Below are positions 37,873-47,838 of a stretch of DNA of 64,000 nucleotides, piece after piece. The notes under the pieces are model-generated. The model was not told where the DNA came from. It saw only the letters and a program-made list of their open reading frames with translations, and ran no database searches. The stretch's first letter is position 1; every line of letters starts with the position of its first letter. This stretch comes from a virus. The stretch spans positions 26,629 to 90,628 of IMG/VR virus record IMGVR_UViG_3300042898_003434. One strand, written 5' to 3'. A program made the translations under genes and the position numbers.

Positions 37873-38946
37873 TTAACTATGACTAAACAGTACGGTATGA
37901 GTTGTTGCGACGGTCTCGTTTGCAGAAAGAGCATAACCAATAATAGTTCCAGCTGGATTTCTTACTATCGTGTTATTAAATTGAGACCTTACTGGGGTTA
38001 TATCTCTTATTTTACCGGCAAATCTTAAATTGATGGAATCGTAACAAGGAATTGCTGTTTGCACTAGACTACCCGACCGTGTTAGAGAAGCGGATGTATA
38101 ATAACTAGAATTCGAAAGTCCACCCTTTGCAAAAGTATATAATGCATTACCTCTAGGCGTGAACATCACAAATTTGGGATATCCCAATGCATTTGTAGAT
38201 GTGGTTGTATCGTGAGACAAAAATGCTCCTGCGACGGCGGCGTTGTAGGTTGGTGTTAGGAAAGTAGTTGATATCGGCGTTGCTGTATTGGACGCTGTTC
38301 CAAACGCACATCCACTCGTTGCAACTCCATACAAGCGACCGTCTTGTTCCGAGTCAAACGAGGAAGTTATGCCTTCTGTTTCTGGATCTACAATAGCACC
38401 GGCAATTATACACGACGACGCGGTTATTGGACTGTATATGGATATCGCAATAGCTTCTTTAGACTCGTAAATAGATATTTTGCTCGCCGACGCATAATAA
38501 ACAGCATTAAAACCTTTAGCGTAACCGGTTGAATATGAACTTGATCCAAACGGAAATTGGCTGGTCCATTGTGTGAATGCTCCCGTTGCATTTTTTACGC
38601 ACGCAACATGCACGACCGATGAACTGAACGGAGCTTCATTTGTTACAACCGGCGGAATTGCTGCGCTAAAGGGCGCGGTAGAACTTTTTGTTGAAAAAAT
38701 AACAGATTGGCTCAAAAAAGTGTTCGGGCGAGGTGGACGGCAGTATACTGCTTCTACGTTGGAACCGGTTGTAAATCTTCCAGAAGCGCTCCATGCGCTG
38801 CCACTACCAATTACTCTGGCCGCGCCGTTGATATACAAAGAGCCTGTTAGCATGTCGTAAATTGTAGCTAACAAATAATTCGACGAGTACGACGCCGTTG
38901 GAATACGTACTGGTAATTTTCTCCATTCTAGTGCGGGTAAGCTCAT
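37873..38946 (-). CDS. array paralog 1 (putative virion/receptor-binding protein)
   Basis: Shared blocks EWRKLP, YDMLTGS, TGSN.EAVYC, FTQWTS.FPFGS, YESKEAIA, DGRLYG, G.IRDI. Confidence 0.85.
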   Translation of the reverse strand: MSLPALEWRKLPVRIPTASYSSNYLLATIYDMLTGSLYINGAARVIGSGSAWSASGRFTTGSNVEAVYCRPPRPNTFLSQSVIFSTKSSTAPFSAAIPPVVTNEAPFSSSVVHVACVKNATGAFTQWTSQFPFGSSSYSTGYAKGFNAVYYASASKISIYESKEAIAISIYSPITASSCIIAGAIVDPETEGITSSFDSEQDGRLYGVATSGCAFGTASNTATPISTTFLTPTYNAAVAGAFLSHDTTTSTNALGYPKFVMFTPRGNALYTFAKGGLSNSSYYTSASLTRSGSLVQTAIPCYDSINLRFAGKIRDITPVRSQFNNTIVRNPAGTIIGYALSANETVATTHTVLFSHS

Positions 38947-38952
38947 AAATTT

Positions 38953-39996
38953 TTACGAATAGTTTAATAGTAATGCGGCACTCGCCGAAATATCCGAAGA
39001 ACCCACAGTATAACCAAGAACACCGTTTGATTCATTTTTGATAACTGTATTAGACGGCAGTGCCGTTATCCACGACATATCTCGCAAGCTTCCAAGAAAA
39101 TTGAAACTTCCAGAATTTGTACAATACATTGTTGTTCTTACATATCTTCCGGAGTATGTTGTTGTGGATGCAAAATTCACAATTGGAGTTGATGGTTTTA
39201 TTACGGCAACTGGTAATATTGATCCTGTTTGTGGAACTAGAACAACAAATCTTGGTGGAGAAACGCTCGCAGCATTTTGCGTTGTCGCGTGAGTAAGAAA
39301 TGCGGCATTGTTTGTCCAAAAATTAGGCCCAACTGTATAAGTTCCACTTGTAGAAACTCCACTCGTTGCTACACCATATAGTCTACCGTCGAGTTCCGCA
39401 TCAACGGATGTTACGCTTTGTTCTGGATCTATAATAGAACCCAATAAAATTATGTTTGTGCTATTTACGGCTGGATTATATACTACACCGGCCAATGCTT
39501 CTCTTGATTCGTATACCGTAAATCTAGATCCGGCACTAAGCAAACTTAATCTAAACCACTGTGCGTACTTTGCAGAAACAGAACCGGAACCAAATGGAAA
39601 CAAGCTGGTCCATTGTGTGAATGCAGCGGCGTCAGCGCCCTTAACACATGTACCAAATACTAGGTCTGTTGCATATGCACCTTCGTTTGTTATAACTTGT
39701 GGCACTGCGCTGCTGGATGCACCGGTTATACTTCTTGCAGAAAAAATAATAGATTGACTCATTATTGTTTTTGTTGGCGGAAAACAATATACCGCTTCTG
39801 TGTTTGATCCAGTTACAAACTTCGTAACTTGTTGCCAAGCACTATCGACACCAGCAGTTCTTGCTGTTCCATCATAGTATGAAGAACCAGTGAGCATATC
39901 ATGTATGGTATCCAACAAATACGATGATGTAATTGTTGCACTAAATGGTATTGCTCTAGTTGGTAATCTTCTCCACTGTAATGCTTGTAAACTCAT
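38953..39996 (-). CDS. array paralog 2
   Basis: Same conserved blocks. Confidence 0.85.
   Translation of the reverse strand: MSLQALQWRRLPTRAIPFSATITSSYLLDTIHDMLTGSSYYDGTARTAGVDSAWQQVTKFVTGSNTEAVYCFPPTKTIMSQSIIFSARSITGASSSAVPQVITNEGAYATDLVFGTCVKGADAAAFTQWTSLFPFGSGSVSAKYAQWFRLSLLSAGSRFTVYESREALAGVVYNPAVNSTNIILLGSIIDPEQSVTSVDAELDGRLYGVATSGVSTSGTYTVGPNFWTNNAAFLTHATTQNAASVSPPRFVVLVPQTGSILPVAVIKPSTPIVNFASTTTYSGRYVRTTMYCTNSGSFNFLGSLRDMSWITALPSNTVIKNESNGVLGYTVGSSDISASAALLLNYS
39776..39832. repeat. 57-nt exact repeat shared by paralogs 2 and 7 (second copy 45437..45493)
   Basis: ggcggaaaacaatataccgcttctgtgtttgatccagttacaaacttcgtaacttgt at both positions. Confidence 0.9.
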
Positions 39997-40014
39997 TTAT
40001 TTTTTATATAATTG

Positions 40015-40224
40015 TTAGATTATTCTAGCTGACATCATGATGGTTAAACAATTACCATCTGCGTCGTATGCAACCATGCTTTCGCCGTCATGTCCCGATA
40101 ACTGCACATTTTCTGGTTTTGTAAAATCATGGGTGAGCCAATAGTTTGGTATAACCATAGACGCAACGGAGTTTTCTCCAACCGAATTGATGCAACTTTG
40201 TATTTGGTCTTCTATTATTTTCAT
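40015..40224 (-). CDS. 69-aa hypothetical protein embedded in the array
   Basis: Fills the gap between paralogs; same AAATTTAT-type start context. Confidence 0.65.
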   Translation of the reverse strand: MKIIEDQIQSCINSVGENSVASMVIPNYWLTHDFTKPENVQLSGHDGESMVAYDADGNCLTIMMSARII

Positions 40225-40233
40225 ATAAATTTA

Positions 40234-41280
40234 TTATGTGTAATTTAATAGCACTGCGTGTGTAGCTGAAACTTCACTTGCTCCTAATGTAAATCCCTTT
40301 ATATTATTTGAGCTATCTCTCATTATTCGATTTGTCGGGGCACCTTTTACGATTGTGACATCTCGCAATCTACCAACAAAATAATCATATGGTATTTGGA
40401 GAGCGCTCAAAACATATATCGGATTTTGAACAGTTTTTCCGCTGAATGTTGTATATGTAGGGCCATATGTAGTTGTATTAGGTCTCTTTGTAAACGCGGC
40501 GAGTATAGAGTTTTTTTGCGGAAAGAATGTTACAAATCTAGGAAATCCACTTGTGGTTGTATTCAAACTGGAGGCATGTGTAAGAAATTGATTTGTTCCC
40601 GATAAAAACGAAGCGCCGAATGAAGTTGGCGTTTGTGTAGAAACTCCGCTACTAATTACTCCATACAATCGACCGTCGGCTTCTGAATCTGCCGATGAAG
40701 TAGGATTTGCTTCTTCCGGATCTATGATTGCTCCTGCAAAAATTGCTTGAGATAAATTACTTTGCGTGTTTAAAAAATTTATACATAGTACTTCTTTAGA
40801 TTCATAAACGGCCATTCTAGTATACGATGTAAAAATATTTGTTGCTCTAGCATACCCAGTTGAATAAGAACTCGATCCAAACGGGAATTGACTGGTCCAC
40901 TGTGTAAATCCTCCGGATGCATTTTTTACGCACGCGACGTGAAGAACGGATGCGCTATAGGCACTTTCGTTTGTTACAACCGGTGGTGTTGCACTACTGA
41001 AAGGAGCCAATGCATTTTTTGCAGAAAAAATAACAGATTGACTTAAGATTGTGTTTATCGGTGGGCGACAATAAACCGCTTCTACGTTAGAACCGGTTGT
41101 AAATTTTCCGGATGCACTCCATGCGCTACCACTGTTGATTACTCTGGCAGAACCATCGTGATACAACGACCCAGTCAATACGTCGTATATATTTTCCAAT
41201 ATAAAGTTTGCACTAAATGACGCCGTTACACTTAAGTGACGCACTGGTAATTTTCTCCATTCTAGTGTGGGCAAGCTCAT
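40234..41280 (-). CDS. array paralog 3
   Basis: Same conserved blocks. Confidence 0.85.
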   Translation of the reverse strand: MSLPTLEWRKLPVRHLSVTASFSANFILENIYDVLTGSLYHDGSARVINSGSAWSASGKFTTGSNVEAVYCRPPINTILSQSVIFSAKNALAPFSSATPPVVTNESAYSASVLHVACVKNASGGFTQWTSQFPFGSSSYSTGYARATNIFTSYTRMAVYESKEVLCINFLNTQSNLSQAIFAGAIIDPEEANPTSSADSEADGRLYGVISSGVSTQTPTSFGASFLSGTNQFLTHASSLNTTTSGFPRFVTFFPQKNSILAAFTKRPNTTTYGPTYTTFSGKTVQNPIYVLSALQIPYDYFVGRLRDVTIVKGAPTNRIMRDSSNNIKGFTLGASEVSATHAVLLNYT

Positions 41281-41302
41281 AAATTTTTAAATATTTAAAA
41301 TC

Positions 41303-42397
41303 TTAGTTATATGGTAGACATACCGCTGACACGTTTGTTGCTGGGAGCGTATATTCATCTGCTGCAATCGCATATCCGATAGTATTATTTGATTCATCCG
41401 TTATAACTTGGTTTAATAAAAATGGTTTTACACTGTTTATATCACGAAGTCTTCCCAAATAATAATTATTTGTTTTTCCGGTACATTTTATCGGAATCTG
41501 AACAACTTTTTCTGAAAACGATGGGTAAGCTATTGTAGTACTGTTTGTTTTTTCCGCCATGATCGTAAACGTAGAGTTTTGCTGTGGAGTAAATCCAACG
41601 AATCTCGGATAATGCGCTGCGGCACCAGCGGCAGTTGTGCTGTGACTAAACAAAGAACCTGAATTTACCGCTGCTGTATCTGCGGAGAATGACATGAAAT
41701 TTGGATTTAATCCTGAAACTTTCGATCCATCAGTCGCGCTTGCGCCAGACGTTGCTATTGCATACAATCTACCATCGACTTCCGCGTCTATACTTGTTGA
41801 TGTTTGTTCTGGGTCAATAATAGCGCCAGCCACGACCGCATGACAATATGCAGTCGTAAATGACACGATTACCGCCATAGCTTCTTTCGACTCGTATATA
41901 ATAATTTTTGAGTTATAGTTTACAGGAAATTCAAAAGAATAACACTTGGTCAACGGTACATAACCAGTGGAATATGAACTTGAGCCGAATGGATGTAAAC
42001 TTGTCCATTGAGTAAACGATTCAGACTTTGCTAATTTTACACTTGTCATCAATATATCACGTCCTGTTATAGTAAAGTCTGGAGTATCACCATTTGTTAC
42101 AAGAGGAACGGCGGCGCTACTAGACGCACCGATGTAATTTTTACCAGCAAAAATAATAGATTGACTCATTTCTGTATCAGTCGGTGGGAAGGTATAAACC
42201 GCTTCCGTATTTGAACCAGTAACAAATTTTGTTGTATTTTTCCAAGCACTATCGGACCCTATTACTCTGGGCGACCCGTCGTAATATAAGGATCCGGTCA
42301 GCATGTCATATATAGTATCCAAGAAATAGCTAGTAGTCGTTTGTCCTGATACCGTTCTGCCCGGTAGTCTTCTCCATTGTAATGGTGGTAATGCCAT
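41303..42397 (-). CDS. array paralog 4
   Basis: Same conserved blocks. Confidence 0.85.
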   Translation of the reverse strand: MALPPLQWRRLPGRTVSGQTTTSYFLDTIYDMLTGSLYYDGSPRVIGSDSAWKNTTKFVTGSNTEAVYTFPPTDTEMSQSIIFAGKNYIGASSSAAVPLVTNGDTPDFTITGRDILMTSVKLAKSESFTQWTSLHPFGSSSYSTGYVPLTKCYSFEFPVNYNSKIIIYESKEAMAVIVSFTTAYCHAVVAGAIIDPEQTSTSIDAEVDGRLYAIATSGASATDGSKVSGLNPNFMSFSADTAAVNSGSLFSHSTTAAGAAAHYPRFVGFTPQQNSTFTIMAEKTNSTTIAYPSFSEKVVQIPIKCTGKTNNYYLGRLRDINSVKPFLLNQVITDESNNTIGYAIAADEYTLPATNVSAVCLPYN

Positions 42398-42422
42398 AAA
42401 ATTTTAAATTGATTTAATAATA

Positions 42423-43508
42423 TTAATTATACGAAAACAACGCAGTATTACCGGCTAATACTGTATTTTCTGAGTATGCCAAGGTAAATCCGGCAATATT
42501 GTTTTCGCTATCTCTAATATTTTGATTTGATGGGATTGCTCGTGTAATATTAATATCTCGTAATCTACCCAGATAATAATTTGTATTGGCACTACCGGAT
42601 ACTCCGCATAATATAGAATTTTGAATTAATCTTCCGCTGAGTGTGGTATAGCTAACAAAGTATGGATTATGTCCGGTTATATTACTAAAATTTGTTTTTT
42701 GAGACATGATGCGCATCGTTGCTTGTTGTCGTGGATAAAATCCGACAAATCTAGCATACCCGAACGTTGTGGCACTTGCCTCGGTTCGATGTGTAAACAA
42801 ACTGCCAGATGCAGATCCGCCCTCAATAACAAATCGTGGCGCTAACCCAGATCCAGATGTAACCCCGACCCCAGAAGTTGCAAGTGCATATATTCTACCA
42901 TCATTTTCTGCATCAATAGAGTCTGCATTTTGTTCTGGGTCTATTATGGCCCCACCGATCCCACAATGAACAATAAAATTAGTAGCAGGATTTGCGAACA
43001 TAACCGCAATCGCTTCTTTTGACTCGTATACAGTTATTCTTTCCCCTCCCGACATATGCGCCGTCCCAGCAATTTTTCCATATCCAGTGGAATAAGAGCC
43101 GGATCCAAACGGATGTCGACTCGTCCATTCCGTAAAAGGTCCGGATGCATCCTTTACACACGCCATGTAAATATACGATGCGCTATAAGTTTCATCTGCG
43201 CACATAACCGGCGTTGCACTGCTTGATGCACCAAAATGATTTATTGCACCAAATATAATAGACTGACTCATCACGGTATATAATGGTGGCCGACAAACAA
43301 CGGCTTCCGTATTTGAACCAGTAGTAAATTTTATAGATGCACTCCATGCGCTGCCACTACCGAGTATTCTTGTCGAGTTGTCATAATAAACAGATCCCGT
43401 GAGCATATCATATAAAGTATCCAAAACGAAAGATGCCGTAAATAAACCTGTGGTATACGGAAACTTTCTTATTGGCAATTTTCTCCACTGGAGTGATGGT
43501 AAGCTCAT
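42423..43508 (-). CDS. array paralog 5
   Basis: Same conserved blocks. Confidence 0.85.
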   Translation of the reverse strand: MSLPSLQWRKLPIRKFPYTTGLFTASFVLDTLYDMLTGSVYYDNSTRILGSGSAWSASIKFTTGSNTEAVVCRPPLYTVMSQSIIFGAINHFGASSSATPVMCADETYSASYIYMACVKDASGPFTEWTSRHPFGSGSYSTGYGKIAGTAHMSGGERITVYESKEAIAVMFANPATNFIVHCGIGGAIIDPEQNADSIDAENDGRIYALATSGVGVTSGSGLAPRFVIEGGSASGSLFTHRTEASATTFGYARFVGFYPRQQATMRIMSQKTNFSNITGHNPYFVSYTTLSGRLIQNSILCGVSGSANTNYYLGRLRDINITRAIPSNQNIRDSENNIAGFTLAYSENTVLAGNTALFSYN

Positions 43509-43521
43509 AAAGTTTATTCTA

Positions 43522-44601
43522 TTATTGATGTCTGAAAATTACAGTGTCACCCGAAGTAACCTCGCTGAAGGAAAGAGCATATCCAATCAGCGTACCGTCA
43601 AAGTCTGTAAGTATATTATCAAAAGGAACTTTTGTTGCAATTGAAATATCGCGCAGTCTTCCCATATAAAATGGAAATGTTTGTGATCCTGCGGTACTGA
43701 TATAGCATTTTAGTGGGGAAGTAACCAATTTTCCAGACAAAGTTCTGTAAGTAATCATTGCATCGGTTCTTAATTTATCTGTACTTATTCCGTATAAGGT
43801 GTTTGTATTTGGTAAAAATACACCGAACTTTCCGACCGCACTGGTAGCGGCGGGTGCATTGGCACTATATGACAAAAATGAACTGTCTGAGTTATTGGCG
43901 GATAAAAAATTAGATGTAACGGCAGCCGGAGTTGGAGTATTTTGTGGTATAGACGACCCGACGAGTCCGTATAGTCTGCCATCGGCTTCCGCGTCAAAGG
44001 ATGAAGTTGGCAAACTTTGTTCCGGATCTATAATTGCACCCGCAATCGTTGCTACCACGCACGGAACGCTTGTGTAATAATGCATAAACGCTATAGCTTC
44101 TTTGGATTCGTATATTACAAATTTAGACCCAAACATATTTGCGTTCAATGCGGCTGCCGACCTAACAAACCCAGTGGAATAAGAACTTGATCCAAACGGG
44201 AATTGACTGGTCCATTGCGTGAATGATCCCGTTGCATTTTTTACAAATGCCATATGAACAGTCGGAACCGTGGTCGAAGGCGCACTATCATTCAGCATGC
44301 TTGGTGCGACGGCAGTACTAACTGGTCCACTGGCATTTTTTCCCGCGAATATGATAGACTGACTGATGCTAGTCAACGTCGGTGGATAACACCAAATCGC
44401 CTCTGTATTTGATCCTGTCGCGAACTTTCCAGAGGCACTCCACGCGCTACCACTACCAACTACTCTCTCAGCTCCATTGTAATAGACCGATCCAGTTAAC
44501 ATGTCATATATTGTATCTAATGCAGCGCTGACAGATATTGTCGCGGATTGTATGTTTCTAACAGGTAACTTTCTCCATTCAACTGGTGGTAATAGTGCCA
44601 T
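43522..44601 (-). CDS. array paralog 6
   Basis: Same conserved blocks. Confidence 0.85.
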   Translation of the reverse strand: MALLPPVEWRKLPVRNIQSATISVSAALDTIYDMLTGSVYYNGAERVVGSGSAWSASGKFATGSNTEAIWCYPPTLTSISQSIIFAGKNASGPVSTAVAPSMLNDSAPSTTVPTVHMAFVKNATGSFTQWTSQFPFGSSSYSTGFVRSAAALNANMFGSKFVIYESKEAIAFMHYYTSVPCVVATIAGAIIDPEQSLPTSSFDAEADGRLYGLVGSSIPQNTPTPAAVTSNFLSANNSDSSFLSYSANAPAATSAVGKFGVFLPNTNTLYGISTDKLRTDAMITYRTLSGKLVTSPLKCYISTAGSQTFPFYMGRLRDISIATKVPFDNILTDFDGTLIGYALSFSEVTSGDTVIFRHQ

Positions 44602-44604
44602 AAA

Positions 44605-45651
44605 TTAAGCGTATTTTAACAATACGGAGTTGTTTGCGCCGTTTTCGTTTGCACCAAGAGTGAACCCAGCAATTGCACCGGTATTATTGTCTCGAATGAC
44701 ATAATTTGTTGGTGCATTTTTCATCATGGTTATATCGCGAAGTCTTCCTAAATAAGAAGTGGAAACACCATCGTCGAATCTTGCGCATTTTAGTGCCGTA
44801 TTGACAAATTTCCCAGAGTTTGTCGTGTATCTAATACTTGGTGCCAATCCAACAGAGTGCTTGTCTATTGTAACACCCATTGTAAATCTTTCACCCGGTT
44901 TGAATACAACAAATCTCGCTGTATCGCCGTTTTGTGCGGTAGCAACTGTATTTTGTTGCGATAAAAATGAAGTATTATTAGCAAAAAAGGTCGTCGATAT
45001 TCCTGCTGCTGGACAATTTGCTAGTCCATACAGTCTACCATCGACTTCTGCGTCAAAGGATGAAGTTGGTAAGCTTTGTTCTGGATCAATAATTGCACCG
45101 GCAATAACGCCGTTTGTTATAGCAGTTGCTGGTCTATAAAAAGTAACAGCGATAGCTTCTTTAGACTCGTAGATTGTTATTTTATCCGTCACGTTGTATA
45201 AACTCGTTGCCAAAGATATTTGCGTATACCCAGTTGAAAAAGAACCTGTGCCAAATGGAAATGCACTGGTCCATTGTGTGAATGAAGCAGATGCTGCATT
45301 TTTGGCAAGTGTGGCGTGTAAAAAGCCCGGAAACGGCACTGTTTCTAAACTTGCAGTTGGTGCTGCGGCGGAAGACGATGGTGCAGATGTTTGTCTACCG
45401 GCAAATATCACAGACATGCTCATTTCTGTGGAGACAGGCGGAAAACAATATACCGCTTCTGTGTTTGATCCAGTTACAAACTTCGTAACTTGTCGCCAAG
45501 CACTGCCGCTACCAATGTTTCTGGTCGATCCATCGAAATATACGGAGCCTGTTAGCATATCGTATATAGTATTTAACATTGTGCTGGCCGACTGCGATAC
45601 CTGCAAGGTACGAGTTGGTAATTTTCTCCATTCTAGTGGTTGTAAGCTCAT
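44605..45651 (-). CDS. array paralog 7
   Basis: Same conserved blocks. Confidence 0.85.
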   Translation of the reverse strand: MSLQPLEWRKLPTRTLQVSQSASTMLNTIYDMLTGSVYFDGSTRNIGSGSAWRQVTKFVTGSNTEAVYCFPPVSTEMSMSVIFAGRQTSAPSSSAAAPTASLETVPFPGFLHATLAKNAASASFTQWTSAFPFGTGSFSTGYTQISLATSLYNVTDKITIYESKEAIAVTFYRPATAITNGVIAGAIIDPEQSLPTSSFDAEVDGRLYGLANCPAAGISTTFFANNTSFLSQQNTVATAQNGDTARFVVFKPGERFTMGVTIDKHSVGLAPSIRYTTNSGKFVNTALKCARFDDGVSTSYLGRLRDITMMKNAPTNYVIRDNNTGAIAGFTLGANENGANNSVLLKYA

Positions 45652-45692
45652 AAGTATATATATTTGGTTGGAGTATTAAAAAAAGTATTATC

Positions 45693-46799
45693 TTAAGAAT
45701 AATTTAATAAAATCGCATTGCTTTGAGTGGTTTGTGATGATGCTATTGTATATCCAAGGAATTTGCCAACATACTCATCGCGTATGACTTGATTGTCAAA
45801 ATCATCTCTTATTACCGATATATCGCGCAGTCTGCCGACATAATTTTGAGGCTCTGTAAAATTTTGGTAACTTTTCTTTGCGCATTTTACGGGAGTCGAT
45901 ACAAACTTACCGGATAGTCTAACATAATTTGGACCGACCGTCCAGCTTGAAGGAGTTGTAAACTGAGTTGATAGTTTTTCGCCGCCACATGGCATAGTAA
46001 ATCTACTGCTTGGTAAAAACATATAGAATTTTGGACCATCCCAAACTGCGCCCATATCCGCTGTGATGGTTTCGAATAAACAACTGGTAAAGGTAGGGTT
46101 CCCAACACCCTCATGATTATGATGCATTCTCGGACCTATACCAGTAGCACCGGACAATCCAGCAACTCCATATAATCTACCATCTGCTTCCGCGTCAAGA
46201 GACGATGTTGGTGTACTTTGTTCTGGATCTATAATTGCTCCGCCAAAAAATGGATAACTTCCTGAGAGTGGCAATGCCGTATCATACATCGTTAGTGCAA
46301 TAGCTTCTTTAGATTCGTAGATTGTTAATTTATCATATAATCCAAACACACTGGCACTTGGACCTATCTTGATATATCCTGTAGAATTTGAACTTGAGCC
46401 AAATGGATAATAACTTGTCCACTGAGAAAACGATGATGATTCTGCGCCTTTGACACATGCTCCATACAATAAACCGCCAACGATTGTATTTTCTCTACTA
46501 GCAGTTGCAGCAGCAAACGTTGTGGATGTACCTGATGTTGCTTTACCAGCAAATATAACAGACATGCTCATTTCTGTTTTTGTTGGAGGAAAACAAAAAA
46601 CAGCTTCTGTATTTGATCCTGTAACAAACTTTGTTACTCCATACCAAGCACTACCAGTGCCGGGGATTCTTGTCGTATTGTCATGATACACCGACCCTGT
46701 CAACATATCGTGTATGGTGTCTAACAAAGAATTTGCCGATTGAGAAACTTGTAGTACTCTCACTGGTAATTTTCGCCATTCTAATGCTGGTAAACTCAT
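45693..46799 (-). CDS. array paralog 8
   Basis: Same conserved blocks. Confidence 0.85.
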   Translation of the reverse strand: MSLPALEWRKLPVRVLQVSQSANSLLDTIHDMLTGSVYHDNTTRIPGTGSAWYGVTKFVTGSNTEAVFCFPPTKTEMSMSVIFAGKATSGTSTTFAAATASRENTIVGGLLYGACVKGAESSSFSQWTSYYPFGSSSNSTGYIKIGPSASVFGLYDKLTIYESKEAIALTMYDTALPLSGSYPFFGGAIIDPEQSTPTSSLDAEADGRLYGVAGLSGATGIGPRMHHNHEGVGNPTFTSCLFETITADMGAVWDGPKFYMFLPSSRFTMPCGGEKLSTQFTTPSSWTVGPNYVRLSGKFVSTPVKCAKKSYQNFTEPQNYVGRLRDISVIRDDFDNQVIRDEYVGKFLGYTIASSQTTQSNAILLNYS

Positions 46800-46816
46800 A
46801 AAAAATTGTTGTTATA

Positions 46817-47497
46817 TTATACGGACGCGGTTGTATAAGACCGTGCGGTAAATTTCGGTAGTAACGACGATGTTACAGATATAACAGTGTCTATATATTC
46901 AAACGTTTCTACTATTTGGTTAGATTCCATAGAGCTGCTTATATTGGTCTGAATCTCAATGGTCTCTAATTGGGCGGAATCAAACCTAGTAATTGCGGTT
47001 GACCCCGTAACATCTAGATACGGACTATCAGAATAATAAGCATCGCTTGCAAACGAACTACTTGGAAACGCAAAATTTGCACCTATTTGCACAGGAACCA
47101 TGTCTTCGTCGCTAGTAAACGAAGAACTTGGAAATGCAAAATTTGAACCTGACTGAACAAACAAATATTCGTTATCACTGAAAATTTCAGCGTATGTAGC
47201 AAAGTTACCTGTTCCACCCGCCGTTGTGATTGGAATCCATACAATTGCACCATCTTGAATAGCAACGTATGTATTGTTTGTGGTAGGAGTTGAAAATATT
47301 GGCTTGCCATTGGTATCAAATGCAGCAATCGATTGAGCACTAGCAGTAAAACTGCTTGACGACCACAATCCACTTGCATTTATAGCATAAGACGATGATA
47401 TTGCATACGAAGCTGTTCCAGACAATGAAGCTGTAGCAGAAACCAATATCATTCGGCTTCCACTTATGATGCTTTTAAATATGCTTAGTTTGTCCAT
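46817..47497 (-). CDS. fibre-associated protein, N-terminally paralogous to 47506..47835
   Basis: TASLSGTASYAISSSYA.NA.G.WS; internal repeat VQ.G.NFAFPSSSF.SD occurs twice. Confidence 0.75.
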   Translation of the reverse strand: MDKLSIFKSIISGSRMILVSATASLSGTASYAISSSYAINASGLWSSSSFTASAQSIAAFDTNGKPIFSTPTTNNTYVAIQDGAIVWIPITTAGGTGNFATYAEIFSDNEYLFVQSGSNFAFPSSSFTSDEDMVPVQIGANFAFPSSSFASDAYYSDSPYLDVTGSTAITRFDSAQLETIEIQTNISSSMESNQIVETFEYIDTVISVTSSLLPKFTARSYTTASV

Positions 47498-47505
47498 ACG
47501 GATTG

Positions 47506-47835
47506 TTACATATAACTATTATAAGTGTGTGTAAAATTGGATACTATTGGGATTATAGAAAATAAAATCCATTGAATCTGTCCGTCACTATATGTTAGTC
47601 GGCTTTGGTTTTGAGCGGATGAATATAAAACAGGTTTACCGGAGGTATCAAACCCAGCAACGGCTGGATCTATCGCCGGTGTAGTAAACTTACTTGCACT
47701 CCAGTATCCCGTCGCATTTACGGCATATGAAGATGATATAGCATACGATGCTGTGCCGGATAATGAAGCTGTGATACTGATTAATCTAGCTTCACTTCCA
47801 CTAATTGGATGCAAGAATTGTACATATTTTAACAT
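47506..47835 (-). CDS. small fibre-associated protein
   Basis: Shares its N-terminal ~90 aa with 46817..47497. Confidence 0.7.
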   Translation of the reverse strand: MLKYVQFLHPISGSEARLISITASLSGTASYAISSSYAVNATGYWSASKFTTPAIDPAVAGFDTSGKPVLYSSAQNQSRLTYSDGQIQWILFSIIPIVSNFTHTYNSYM

Positions 47836-47838
47836 TTT

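Noticed and set aside
37873-46799. Diversity-generating retroelement or invertase shufflon as the explanation for the array
   Set aside because: No reverse transcriptase or recombinase is in the window, no adenine-specific TR/VR pair or inverted cassettes were seen, and every copy is a complete co-oriented gene.
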